Assembly: GCA_051362555.1 (NCBI GenBank)
Contig: CM120641.1
Coordinates: 32,680,401-32,744,400, forward strand
Source of the DNA: Lingula anatina
Lineage: Eukaryota; Animalia; Brachiopoda
Length of the DNA stretch: 64,000 bases
Reading direction: 5' to 3'
Below are positions 1-13,900 of the stretch, piece after piece (the first letter of the stretch is position 1; each line of letters opens with the position of its first letter). Made by a program: the position numbers and the translations under genes. The notes under the pieces are model-generated. The model was not told where the DNA came from. It worked only from the letters and a program-made list of their open reading frames with translations, and searched no databases.

Positions 1-639
1 TTCAGCTCTCTGACCACAAAACAAAATTGTTCACGGTACATTTTCTGTAGGGGTGGTTTTGGGGCATATATCCTTTTAATGTTTCTTTTTGCACTGGTCA
101 ATTGTATGTCAATGTTTTTCTCTTTTTAACAGTGGGTCTTGATGGCTTCAGAAATGTTTCTAATCAAATGTATTTATTTGCTTTTTGAGCACTTTTCTTA
201 ATTTTTTTTTTTTTGTTCTCTAATTAAAAAAAAAAGAATTTGTTTTCTCATACTAAATCTGATTTCAATGAAATGTCAGAGGAAAAGGCATACTCATCAT
301 GACTGTTGGCAAATCTTTTTTGTGGTTGTTGTATTTATAGCAATGGAATGGTCCCTACTTCCCCTGTATGTGCCATTTTTATTTTCTTTTGATTCTAACA
401 AAAAGATGCCAAGCTTTATGTTGTAGAAGATTTAAAATGGGAATACTTGCTACTACTAGTGTGATAACAATTACTGCACCTTGGTATATGTTGTTATTTA
501 CTTTTGGTTGTGGTAAACAAATGCATCATTCAATTTTTTTTACTGTGACAGCTTAACAGTAACATTTTCCAATAAAATGCATGCATATTTGGATTTGCAT
601 AAAAATGAAAGCACGGCGATTTTTCAGTAAGCGCAGTCA

Positions 640-910
640 GAACAGATGATCTGTGGACTAACTGATCTGCCGACCAAATATGGCTAGCCCCAGTGCTTAA
701 AAGCAGCATTATTTAATCTCCTGATGGTCTCCCTGCCTCCACATGTGCCATTTAACGGATTAACTCTCGGCTCCAAGGTTAGATTGCAAGGGCCCTGCAG
801 CGATGGTGTGTGTGGTGGCAGGAGGCCATCAGGAGATTAGTAAACACTGCTGTTAAATGAGTCAGCCATATTTAGTCCACAGATTTGTTAGTCCGCGGAT
901 CAGCTTGTTC
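640..910. mobile_element. Palindromic MITE-like element with nested inverted repeats in an EPG5 intron
   Basis: Outer arms gaacagatgatctgtggactaactgatctgccgaccaaatatggct (~640-685) and agccatatttagtccacagatttgttagtccgcggatcagcttgttc (~864-910) are imperfect reverse complements. Inner arms taatctcctgatggtctccctgcctccaca (from 714) and tgtggtggcaggaggccatcaggagatta (to 839) also pair. TSD not resolved. Confidence 0.65.
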
Positions 911-1298
911 AGTATGCCCTCAATATCAAAAAGAACACAGTCCCTTGTGAACTATGAAGAATATAACCCAGAACCTTATTTCCTTTCAGTGGGTCCTATT
1001 CTTGAGGTTCCCTTTGGACTGGCCTCTACTTGTTTATCAGTAGGCACAGTATGAAAATAGACTTTAGAATCTGTGTTTTGGCAGACAAAGCAGATGATGG
1101 AATGCTAGTACATTTTGAACATATCAGTTAGTTTTAATTGATCATTTTAAGCAATTAGATGAAATCTTGTTTCAGTAGAAGTGGATAAACAGTTAGTGAC
1201 ATATTCTTATTGTAATGGAGTGAAATAGGTTTTTCATTTTCTCTTGTTTAAAATTGGTGAAAACTATTTTTTATTTTCAATTTACTCTGACATTTCAG

Positions 1299-4200
1299 GT
1301 GTCCATGTATCTGTTCCGTGAATTGCCACTGTTTTTATGGGAGCTTACCAGTGAAGATCTTGAGACTATTCACCACTGGGTGTTGAACTTGCCATTGGTT
1401 TCCACAGAAAACCAGCTGGGGAGACTCATACTCAGCCGGCTCAATTATGGTCTAACCAAGCAGGTAGATAGTGTCTCTTCTTTGAACTTATTTGTGTGTT
1501 AATCCATCAAATTAACCATTTGATGTATATGAAAATATTATTGTATCTTTTATTGTTTGTATGGTCAGTAAAACCCTAGTAAGGTAGATATGCAAATTTT
1601 GACCTTGATGCAGATAACTTCTATATTTTTCTATAGCTCATTAATTCTTAATACCAAAACAAAGAGAATAGTGCCATACATAGTCATTTTAGCCAGTTCC
1701 TAATGCTAAGACTCCACTTGTTAAGCTACCTTAGAAAAATAAAATTCAGTTTAAAAATGATTGACTTCAGTAATATGTGAATATATTATAAGGGAAGGTA
1801 TTCAAAATAAAATGCCATTCATTTATAACTTAAAGCACATCTGTACCTGATGTCTCATTCTTATGTCCAATAATTTTCTTCAGGAAGATCGATTGTTCCT
1901 TGACATAGCATTCCATCGTAAGATAGCCATTTTGATAGTAGAATCGTACCTGAAGCAAGTGGCAGCAAAGGGGATGAGTGGGGTTATCACAGAAGGAGTC
2001 AAACAGGTGAACGATAATATCCTTAATATATACTAAATATGTGCTAAATTTGTTTTGGCAAACAAACAGGAGAGAAGAAAAATTTTTTTTTCATATTTTT
2101 CATAGAAATTAGGTGGAGAGAATAATCTGACTAACATTAAATTTGCAATAGCAATAAAAAATGTTTCATAAATTCAGAATTTGGATTAATTATGTTAAAA
2201 AGTGGTGTCAAAATGGACCAAAGGTTCGTTTATCATTGTTTGGATACAACTGTGTCGATGCCTAAAAAATTAAGATGTTTTACCTTTTAGGTGGCTTCTG
2301 TTGTTAGCCAACAGAAGACATCCCAGCAGCAGTTTCATGACTGGGCATGGGACACCATATTGAAACTGCGTCTCCACAAACATCAACAGCCCAGACCAGT
2401 GATGGGAGCCAATGAGGACCAGGGATTTGACCCTTGTGACTTATTTGACCCAGTTATGTTGGTGATCTCCAAGATGACTGACAACAATGGTGCTCTTGCA
2501 TGCTATGTTGCCACTGTGATGACAAAAATTGGACATAGGTAAGATTTGACCAGAAGTAAAGGGCAGCAGATGTGATACATGTGCTCGTCTACAAGGATAT
2601 GAATATAATATTTTTAATCAGAATGAATTAAGAGGCAAATTTTTTTTAAAAGTGACTCTAAAATTTAAATTCATTCAGTATTTACTGCAGCATGGAAATA
2701 TTGTTTTTTATACTATGAATTGAAGTTACAAATATTGTTGTTTTTCCAGTGTATCAGAGTTTTTGTCAGCGGGTCTCCCCAGACTGCAGTGCCTGGTACA
2801 GCAGCACCATTACACTGCAGTCATCCAAGTGCTATATGTGATTGTGCCTCTTTTTTATGACAATCCACAGCCATTGATCAAAAGTGAACTGTAAGTGAAT
2901 TTTTTATTTTTCATAAGAAATTTTTATGGATATATAATTGAAAAGATTTATTGTTTTTTGATATTTTCAGATTTGAAAACAGTTTTAATTATCTATTTTA
3001 TCCACAATTTTCAAACTGCATGTAAATTTAGTCCTTATTTTATTAATTATATAAAACTGAAACTAAAACTTGCCCCTTCAGCCAAGGTTTCATTTTTGTC
3101 ACAGCTTTAGCAGTCTTAGAGTTTTAAAAGACAAAGATAGACTATTATTTCATTTTCATTTGTAGAAAATATTTTTTAACCTCATCAGTTATAGACTAAA
3201 TGCTTTGGTAATGTTCCAGGTTCCAGACCATACTGCATTCCCTGCTGTCTGCAGACCAGACTTATGCTAAAATGGCCAAAAGCCTGCTGTACTCTGACTT
3301 CCCAGGGGAGATTGTCAAAATGCTGGCTTGTATGATACAGGTAAAGGTTTTAATCTGCCAAAGGCTTTGGAAGCCTGGTTTACATTTTCTAACATGGTTG
3401 ATAAGGGTTAATCCAGACGTTCAGGTCCAGTGCATGCTAACTTCTGCATTTTGCATTGGTGCCAACTTATCACAGTTATCATGATTTGTTGAACCCCTAG
3501 AAGGCCATGTGACATAGTATATATCATTTGTGATTAGCAGACTGGATTGTGTTCAACTGTCATTGAAGTTTGAATATGGTGGACATAATGGAAAATTGAA
3601 AGGGAAGAAACTGGTTGATGTTGGCTGTTAAATTCGGGCTTATAGGGGTTATATTCTTCACCTAACTAGCTGAAATGTTTGGTTGTGATATTTTTAGTGA
3701 TTCATTTCAAAATATGTCTGTAATCTTGAGTACATAAGATTTCACTGTGAAGCTGCAGTCTAGATAGCGTGAAGCATTAAATGGAATATATAAAAACAAC
3801 TGTATGTTTTATTTAGATTCTGGTTTTGACGTAAGGGCAAAAGCTATCACAACTTATCACTTGAAAATGAGAATGCCACTTACTACATTAGTTGCACATA
3901 TTAATTCAATTATATATATATATATATTTGGTGGGGCTAAAAAAACTTTATTTACCAGACCCAGATTAATGGTGCCTCAGCCATGTTGCCCTATTCTCCA
4001 CCAATGGTGATAGAGCTTTGGATGAACATGCTCACACAGAACACTGTTTGGTACCAAGACAGGTGACCTACCTTTACTCCTGTACAAGATATGATTTTTG
4101 TTCTTATTTAATGCCAGGTGCTTCAGCAATCCTCTGTAAGAGCCTTGTGTGGCAGTTTTCTTTTTTCATAAAACATCACACATTTAATTAGGATTCACGT

Positions 4201-7200
4201 ATTGGTTTAATGGAGATGTTTGAAAGATTGAGAGTATAAATCAGCACTTTAATAATGCCTTCTTATTTGTCAAACTTGAGTGTTTTATCTCTTTCAGGAA
4301 TGTGCAATATCTGATCAATTTTCTCATAAAGTCAGGACATAGCTGTAAAGGTGGAAAGGAAGTGATTGAGACTCTGATGTATAATCAGTACAAGGTAAAA
4401 CATTCTGTTATTCTCTAGTTTAAATGAATTGAAATCAGTGTATTTTATTACTTTGATCTTCTGTATGCAAACAGACTGAAATGCTGTCAATTTCTCACAA
4501 ATAGATCAAAGTCAGCTTTGATTGTTCGTTTGATCTCTTAATGTTGTAATGAGCAAAATTCGGAATGTTTAAGTAGAATAAAAATTGTCAAAGCTTTTAT
4601 AAGAGCATAAATGATCAATCACAAGCCGAAATATTTTCATACCTTCATCAGCCCAGGTTGGCCATATGCTAACGGTATGAAAATATTTCGGCTTTTGTTT
4701 GATAATTTTCATTTATGATCCAACTACCAAGCTAATGAACATCTTTGCTCTTTTATAAGAGCATTCGGTTACAACCTTAATATGGCCTTGCATGGTCACT
4801 CTGACATAATGTGTCATCAACACAATAATGAAGCTTCCAAATACCTTTGCAGATGTTCATTAAGAGTCAAGGCGGCCACAGTATGGTGTCATCCCTGGTC
4901 AGTTGGATAGCCACAGGCAGTGCTGGCATCCCTACCTTCCTGGAGGGTTCATCTCTGCCTGAGTTTCCCTGGCTGGCATACCACCTCCTCCATGCAGAGG
5001 AGCAGTACCAGCATGACTCCCATCTATGGCAGGTGGTGCAAATAGAACTCATCACAAAGCCTAAACTGACTGTGGATCAGGCAGTCAAGGTGGGTTCATA
5101 ATTAAGGGTGATTGAGTGATATGTGTTATGATGAAATTTTTTTCTATTTTTAGATTTAAATAATTACCAAAATTTGCAACTGGTATCTGCATTTTATTCA
5201 TGCTAAACAATTGGATACATTATCATTCTTTGGAGTCTGTAAGGGGAGGGATTCTCTCTTCTTAGATGAAGTTGACCATGCAGTGCCAATTCAAATTTGG
5301 AACTTACCTGATATACTTTAAGAACTAAATGTCTTTCAATGCATTAACATTTAACTCTTAAATCCGAATTTTTTGTATGGAAAGAGTATGCTTCTATATT
5401 CATATGTTCTTTGGTTGTAGAAAGCCATAACCAACTTAAAGATAGAAGGTAGTCTACCTGCCTCCAGACTGTGCATCTATCGCTGGGGTCAGCAGGCACT
5501 GGACACTGCAGTGGACCATCCTTTACTACCACTGCTCTGGCAGAGATTCTTCCAGCTGTACCTGGGCAGACCGGCTCATACTCCGGGGTAAGTATTCACT
5601 GGAAGAAGAAGTGGGACTCCTATTTTCACTGGGAGCCCTATTAAGCCTAGTATATTAAGAAAGCACACCATTATTCAAACTAGCCATGTTTGTTTTAGAG
5701 ATAAATTATACACTTTAATTTATTTACAAGAGTTTAACAAGAGATTAAGTGCAATGTTTACAGTTTGGGTGAATCATTTATTCCTGCAATAAAATTCTTC
5801 AGCTATGTTATGCAGTTAAAGTTACAATAATAATGATAATAATAACAATAATATCTTCAAACAACATTAGGAAATCAGAATTATTACATGTACCACAATG
5901 ACTTCAATATTTCAATGCCTCCTTTGGGACTACAGAACCAAATAGCCTCATTCATTACCATTCATAATGAAGGTGTCTTTGAAATGTTGAAATATTGGAA
6001 TGCAGATATCTTAATCTGATTTAAGCTGTTGTTTGAAGACAATGTCATTGTAACTTTGAAGATTTTTAAGGTTGTATTGTGGACTGTTGATCAGGTTACC
6101 AGAGAGAGGAGGTATAGGCCACAAGTTCTTTGAAAGTTCAGTCAACACCTCCTTGTTGAAAAGAATGAAGAAGAGGCTGAATGAGGCCACAGAACACCAC
6201 CACAAAGTTCTACAGGAACAAAGTCTGGAGACTGCAGGTACTTGGTCTTTTCTATTGTATTATTTTTTAAAAAAGAGAAGTAGCACACTAGTTTGGATTT
6301 TTTGGATTTTGCATTGTTCTTTTGTTTTCTATTCTAAGGACTGAATTAGGTCTTACGGTAATGGAATTTACTTCATGGTTTGATCTCTAAGACTTACGTA
6401 ATATGCCAAACAATTCGACCAAGATTAATTAATTAATTTCATGGAAATGTCAGTTTGGTCGAATTGATTAAAATACAGCAAATGGAAACCTTTGATATCG
6501 TCGGATTGTTAGGGGCATCTGCCAAAACGTCCATCTTTCCGGAAGTATTGCATTTTACCAGAAGTGTTACGCAAGATAAACCGCAATTTTCGCCTAACAT
6601 GTGTTCAGGCATGTTTTATCCTCCTGAAATCTTATTTTGCTGTGTATAATATGTGCTAACATTACTTAACATTAAAAAAGACGACAATTATAATTTTTAA
6701 TTATATATTTCCCTCACCTACGATCACTTTCATGATGCGCTTCACAAGTGGGACGAGTATTTCCCCGGAGACAGGTGTTGTAAACAAAGGCCGGTCACTT
6801 ATATTTGAAACCGGTAGCTTTAGTGGACTTAAACTAGTTATGTGATCTACGTACGCCCTTTTTGAATCTTAATATGACAACTGAAATCAACCGAATTGAA
6901 ATTTTTTACCAGTCTGAGATCAGTTGTTTTCAACCCGCAAGGTTTGCTCAGCGTCGAGGCGTAGACGTACGTACTTCCGAAGAAAATTCAATCACCCGTA
7001 TCAAAGAATACCAACTGGTACTCAAACAGAAATCAGTGTAACTTCAAATTACTATTAAGTATTTTATTTAAAAAGCATGTCATATAAAAACATATTGAGA
7101 AAAGGCAAAAAACGGAGCGTACCTGTGCCGATAGACATACAGTATTTTGCTGGCATTCTTCCGATTTTCTTACTTATATACTCTCGCTGTGCACAAACTA

Positions 7201-10200
7201 CGGTGCATATTGAAAACCCCACTGATACAACCCGAACTTACAAAAAGCATTTACTTGCCATAATTTTCACAATACAGGTGCATTTATAATTTGACGTGAG
7301 AATTGAGCACATGCAGAAATGAGAGACTGGTTTTATCTGGTCTGCTCCAGCATAGCGCAAACCACATGTTAATGAAGACGGTCCCATTTTGGAGGAGGGG
7401 TCACAGGAATGGAGTTCGTCGTGGATTACGCTAAATATTATCAACATTTCATGCATCTGGGGAATTAGAAAGTGACTCACAGGTAACGTAAATACCCAGT
7501 GGAACTCTCTATGAAGCTCCCATGGAGTTAAGGAAGACGTCATTTTTATTGTTGACAAATCAGTTATCCATGTAGGTGAACAGCGACACGTGTTCGTCAG
7601 ATTTTGACAGCGCGTGGTATTTGGCGCCAAGAAGTCTGGGCGGTCGATCCCGCTGATCTTTTGGCCGATTGTAGTAAATGTAAGATCTTGCGGTGTTGAC
7701 TTCAAGAACGTTTCTCCATCTGCATATATATTTCAATCGAACTTGAAAATAAATTGCTTATTCTTCCCGAACTTTTTATTGCTAGCAAATGCGATATATG
7801 GTCTATATGAAGGTGTTTACGACGTATTCTACCCACTGTCGATATTTGGTTTCATCCAGAATAGACCTTTTTTTAACCCACCCCCCCCCTCCCCAGTTAC
7901 GGGCGTGATGAATCAGTCAGCGAGGGCAAGTCTGCTTAATAGCAAAATTTGTATGTCTATAAGCACTATTATTGTCATCGGGGACAAAGGAAAAGACAGG
8001 TACGTCATGCTTCCAGATTAGATCTTCAATTAATTGTTTCTTTCTCATTGACGAGAGCTATTGAAAGGACAACAATTGACAAAGGGCCGAGGCATGCAGC
8101 ATCTATTTCACTGGCTTGAAAATTTACCGAGTCTTGTCGACGATGTGGTCGAACAATCGGAACAAGAAAAAAATTCTGTCCCATGATTTTGACGTATGGA
8201 CTAATTGTTTGAGCCCAGAAAAATTAATTTTATAAAATAATTTTTGTGGTCGGATTGACTGGGCCCGTCGAAATGCTTGGCACATAACCGTATTCACAAT
8301 TTTTTTCCAATTCTGTATTAAGAATTGGGAGTTCCAAACTTATGTCTCTAACTTCATGAGTGTTTTTCGTCACCATTTCAAGCAGATGAAGAGAGATCTG
8401 GTAGAGATGGTGAGGCAGAGGAGGAAGAGGAGGAGAATCTTTTGTTACATAATGTTGGCTACCAGAAAAGCAGAGAATTTCACCAAAGTCTAGTCAGGTA
8501 AAGCCTGGATTACTACGTGTGATCATCAGTGAGAATAAAACATTTATGCTTACTTTCATCAAACAGTATATCATTAACTGTAGAGAAAATGAAGGACTGA
8601 AATATATCTTTATATATGGAACCCAAAAGCCTGTTTATAGAAAATTATTCTGTGATCAGTTGTGGATACTTGTGATTTAGGGCATATTGCAGGAATTTCC
8701 AGGATTTATTTTCATCATGTTAGGGTCAAACATATGTGATATATATAATATGATATGCCTATTACTAATTGATTTGAACAATTAACTATCTCAGAAGTAA
8801 CACTTTTCTTTCAGTAGCATTGATACTCTTACACTGCACATTTTTAAGATGTAGTTTTTTTTTATGTGACAGGTATTACCAAACATTAGGTTTCTGGCTT
8901 GAGGAGCCCAGACTACATGACCCACATCTGTATCTACCAGGCCTTCCACCACAATATGATGCTGAGAGGCTTCTCAAGCTTTTTCAGAATCAGACAGTAG
9001 GTGTTATATGTAGAAATGTTTGATATTCATTTCTTTAAACCCTATGTAACTGGAAATTTAGATCAAGTTAGTACATCTTTGTTTAAGTTTATCCAGTTAC
9101 ATATCTTTAATTTATAAATATGCTTGGTCATAGTCATTGTAAAATGTACAAGAACAATAAATTAATTGTATCCTTGACTAGTTGTAAAAAGAAAAACGGT
9201 CTTTCCATTATCTTTTCTGCTTCCAAAATATTTGAAAATTCATGCAAGTATTCCTACTCATAATTGCATTATGTAACTGGATTGCATGGCATCATACATA
9301 CACACCTGCAAAAATTCTGAAGTTGTTAAAGTTTCTTTTGATTCAAGATCTGTGACTAAATTTTGTGACTAGATTTTTTCATTTTTTTATCAGTACCATT
9401 GGCCATTAAAGTTCATTCTATTGATTTCTATATTACTGTACTTTTCTAGGAACCTTGGGTTGAATTTCTTGACTCTGCTCAGTTAGATTATGAGTTGTCC
9501 CAGATGGTCAGTGAATGGGTGACCAAAATGTGTCCCAAGGCCAACTACAGGATGAGAAGGAACTCGATGATTGATGCTTATAACCCTCTTGCTGGTAAGT
9601 GGTTTGAACCACCTATGTGTAACTGAATAAATTCCATTGTTTCTTGCTACCAGATAATGTTCTTTGATTGTAGAGGCACAGCAGTATTCTTTCACTAAGA
9701 TTTTTTATATAAAAAAAAAAAGTTAAAAGAAAATGTGAATATAAAAAAGCATACCAAAATAAGTTTTCCCTTTACTACAGCTACAGAGAGAATTCTTGGT
9801 AGACTGCAGAGATATGAGCAGCCGCTCCCTCCACCGCCCCTGGTCCCCCTGAAAGCCCCTCTGCCGGATGTGAGTCCCAGCATACTGGGGGACAAGGACA
9901 CCCTCATCTACACCATCAGTGCTGACCTAGCGGGGCTGGTGGAATACTCAAAGTAAGTGCTATAGAATTAGAAGAAAGCACTCCAAGAATGCAGCCTTTT
10001 GTGAAGGCGTAGGACTGCAAATAATATTTATAATTTTAGGAGTCCCAGACTCATTCAAAATTGCACTTCTTTCTAACTTGAAAAACTGTCTATCCTAGCA
10101 GTCATCAGAATTTAGGAAAAACTTTTTGACAGGAGTGAAATACATACTATTTTTATTTGCTGAATGTCCATTAGACTGCAGAGTGAAGGCTTTTGCTATC

Positions 10201-10864
10201 AGACAAAGGTAACTCAGACTACAGTGACCAACACTGGTCAGTCACAGTCTAAACTGTCAGGAGACTTATGAGACTGCGTGCATGCCAATTAAAGTAATTT
10301 TTATCAAAATTTTTAAATAAAAAATAAGCTGTTGAGTAAATCATTGCACATGGCAAGGAATGATGGCATGTTCTCTGTCTCTTTATGTCAGGTTATTTAT
10401 GGCCTCTGTTTCGCAACATCTGGCACTGGACCTCAGTTATCAGGAGCTTCTGCCAAATCTGTACAGGAATGAACCAACCATGGTGAGTTGTGTTGTGAGT
10501 TTTAGGTCTAAAGGTAGTTGTGATTATTTAAAAACTTTGTTGACATGTTTGTTTCATTTTGTGTATTCATTTTATTTGAACTGCTGGAGTTATATATTAA
10601 TTTTTTTTCAAATTTTCAGAAAGAGATGTACATCAGCTGCAAGAGCACCTTCAGCCTGTCTCATAACTGTAAAGGACCCGCTTTTGTGACCGTCAGAGTA
10701 AATAAATAAATCTTGTTGTTTTCTATAAAAATCTTGGTTCAGTCCTGTATTAAGTGTTAGAGTTTATGTTGATCTTTTTACAGCCAGTAACACTCCTTAT
10801 GATTTATTCTGTGGAGTTACTGGAGAATTAAATTTAAGGCAGCAAGGCTAACAAAAATAAATGG

Positions 10865-10925
<61 letters not shown>

Positions 10926-13900
10926 ACCCATCATTTTTCAGTTTGAGGAGAAAAAGCGCAACGAGTCGGTGTACCAGAGAGTTGAAGAGAATCGCAGTGA
11001 GTGGAAGCAGCTGCTGGCTCAGTCCTCACAACCTCCACCTCAAAATATCTGCAGTGCTGCTGTTCATGTGGAGAATGTCATCATGTATGTATATATATCG
11101 ATATATTTAGAAAATACTTAGAATGTCTTGACTATAGCCACAAGCCTGGTTCAGTTTTGGTACGTCTTTGGTTTGTACCAGGATTGAACCAGTAGTCTTC
11201 ATTAGTGTTTGTATCAAGATCAGGCCTGTAAACTGTTTATGTTTTAGAATATTTATTAAATGCATGCACACTATTTTTGAAAGGAAAAGTGAAGTTAATT
11301 TGATTTATGTAGTTCATAAACACTTGATTGGACACAAGTGTTGTATATGTGGTTCATACAGATGTGAAATGTGCCCAGATAGATATTAAATTTGAACATT
11401 TACCTCGTACATTATATTGGATCCATGTGGAGAAATAGTGTGCAGTACATTAGGAAGGAACTCCAGAATACATCTTTTTTGATAATAAAATATGCCTAAT
11501 TTTCAAATTCCAGAGCCTTGATCAAAGAAGCACATTCTGAATCCCCTGTCCCTCCTCAGTATTCAAGTGTTGGATCAGCTTTGTTTTACCACATGGCATC
11601 CATGATTGGGGATGAAACGAAATATTATCCACCTACAAGGCAGTTCTTCTCATCTTGTATAGAGATTTTGGGACAGGTGCTTGTAAAAAAAAATTGGTCA
11701 TAGCTTATTAACAGCTAGGAACATTATCAAAAATGATAAAAATCTTAGTTTTCGTAGGTTTGGTTTAGACCTATGAATATTCAGTGATATGTGTGTTAAT
11801 AAATTACTTAAAAGAAATAGAAATTCATCAATATTGTTGCATTTGCTCAATTTTCTTTCAACTTTAGGAGTTCATTAGCCCCAATCCCAAAGAATCTCTT
11901 CCACTGTTGGAGACCATTTTGAAGAGCCCTTCACTAGGGGGTTTACTGGCCCCCCATTTCTTCCCCAATGCCTGCCCCGACACTTTTGTTCGCATGTATG
12001 AACAGGTGATTGATGCCTCAAAGAGCCATGGATGTGACGTCACCTTCATGTTACTGACCAAGGTAAGGCTCACATACAAAAATTTTGGTGCTAAAATCAT
12101 TTGGTTATTTATGCCTCCTCTGCCCTAGTAGTATAAGATTCAGTTAGTGACAAACACAATATATAGATGAATTGATACTTGGTCAGCTGCAACTACTTTT
12201 ATGCTTAATCCTAAGGCAAAACTTCTTTATTTTTTTATTGGGGTTCTTTAAAATTGTTGAATACAAACTCTGAAACATTTTAATCAATTGAAACATCCAA
12301 AATTCTCTTTTAGTTTTTAGTTCTTTAGTTTTCTTTTCTTTCTGGCAAAATTTCTGTTTCTGTCAGTTTTCTGCTTTTTCTTTCTCTCCTCTGGGAACAG
12401 TCTACAAGTATCCCCTAACCATCAGCCTTAATACATTACAAAATATTTTCCTAATAAATTATGTGATTATAAAAATGGAAGTATGAAGAAGGAAGACATT
12501 TTATTCTAGTTTGATGTCCCCCAGTGGCTAGGCAATGTAAGGCCTGTGCACTCAGAGAGAAGCCATCTTGTAGAGACCATAGGTAAAGCTTTGTGCCAGT
12601 GTGGTAGTGAACCAGCAGAGAATACACTCATGGTGTTTGAGGTAAGGACCTAAGAAGAGGGACAGATCTTGTGATCACCTGACCGTTGCAGGGGTTCATA
12701 GTTTGTTGCAGTGCAAAACTATATCTTCCTGGAATAGTTTTTTGTGTACAAAGTATTCTGATAATATACTGGTGAAGTAGGTTTTCACTTTGTTCCATGT
12801 GGAAAGATGATACAAAATTTAAATTTACCTGCAAGTTACAGGGTTTTGACTCTTTTTCAAAAATTCTTGATCACATGTATATGACTGATTCTCATGCCTT
12901 TCTGGTAAATTTTTTTTTCTCTCTTTTTCACTGTCATGAATTTAAATTTTCATTCTGACAATGGAACTGATGCGATTTGATAATTAAATAATGTAGATTT
13001 TGAATGACAAAAAACAATAAAGATCATATCAATGTTTAAGTTTTTTTTCTTTCTTTTTTTTTTTTCAGGTGTACAGATCACACCTGAAGAAGTTGACATC
13101 ATATGAGTTTCCTGACCAGTATGGGGATGTCTTGAAATTACTTCTCAATGGTGAGGGACATTTTCCTGATATCTGGTATCACTTTTAGAAATTAATCTTC
13201 TGTATATATCTATTGTCTAACCAGGGATTTATTTCTCTGAATAGAATTAATGTATCATAGAAAAGATGACTTCAGAAATTGCAGCTGATGCCAACATGAG
13301 GGCATATAATCATATGCATGGTCACACTCTGTTGAAAATATTGTATTTTATTCAATTTCACGTACATTTCTATCCTAGCCTCCAGCACAGGCAAACTATG
13401 TCCAAAGATCTGGGGAGATTTCCTGGAGAGCATTGGTTGTAAATATGTGAGACAAGAGGGTTTTGACCTGTCTTATGCTGACAACATGATGCATTCACAG
13501 GCACTCACCACCACAGCACAGGTGAAAACTGACATCTTCTCACTTCTGTTTCATGAGATCATTCTGTTAAGTGTATCTTCTTTAAGCCTAATATGTGAAA
13601 TTCTTCCAAATCAGTTACATATTTGCAGTAGTGTACCATTTTTTTCCTAAGATCAGCAATACATTTGCTTAAAGGTATTAATTATTTTTCTTTGTGATTA
13701 ACTAAAGTTAAATACCTGTTTTTTGTCCTTTCCTACATTAATCTCAGATAAGCTTTTGGGTGTAAAATCGGACCCTTTTCAACTTACATTGTTTTCTTTC
13801 AAACTCTCTTTTTTCCATACCTAGTAATATTTCACTTTCCCCACTGAACAAACATTTAATCTGATTTAACAGCTGCCTCAGAAATTAGTTCTGAAAAGCT

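Noticed and set aside
7238-8021. ORFs 7238-7705 (-) and 7614-8021 (+) as nested genes
   Set aside because: Lie inside the decayed transposon; no recognisable intact protein.
8380-8385. NAGNAG acceptor (AAGCAG) in EPG5
   Set aside because: Common motif; CAG is expected to dominate over AAG.
10861-11121. Poly-Asn ORF
   Set aside because: The Asn run is an intronic (AAT)n; the real exon starts at 10942.
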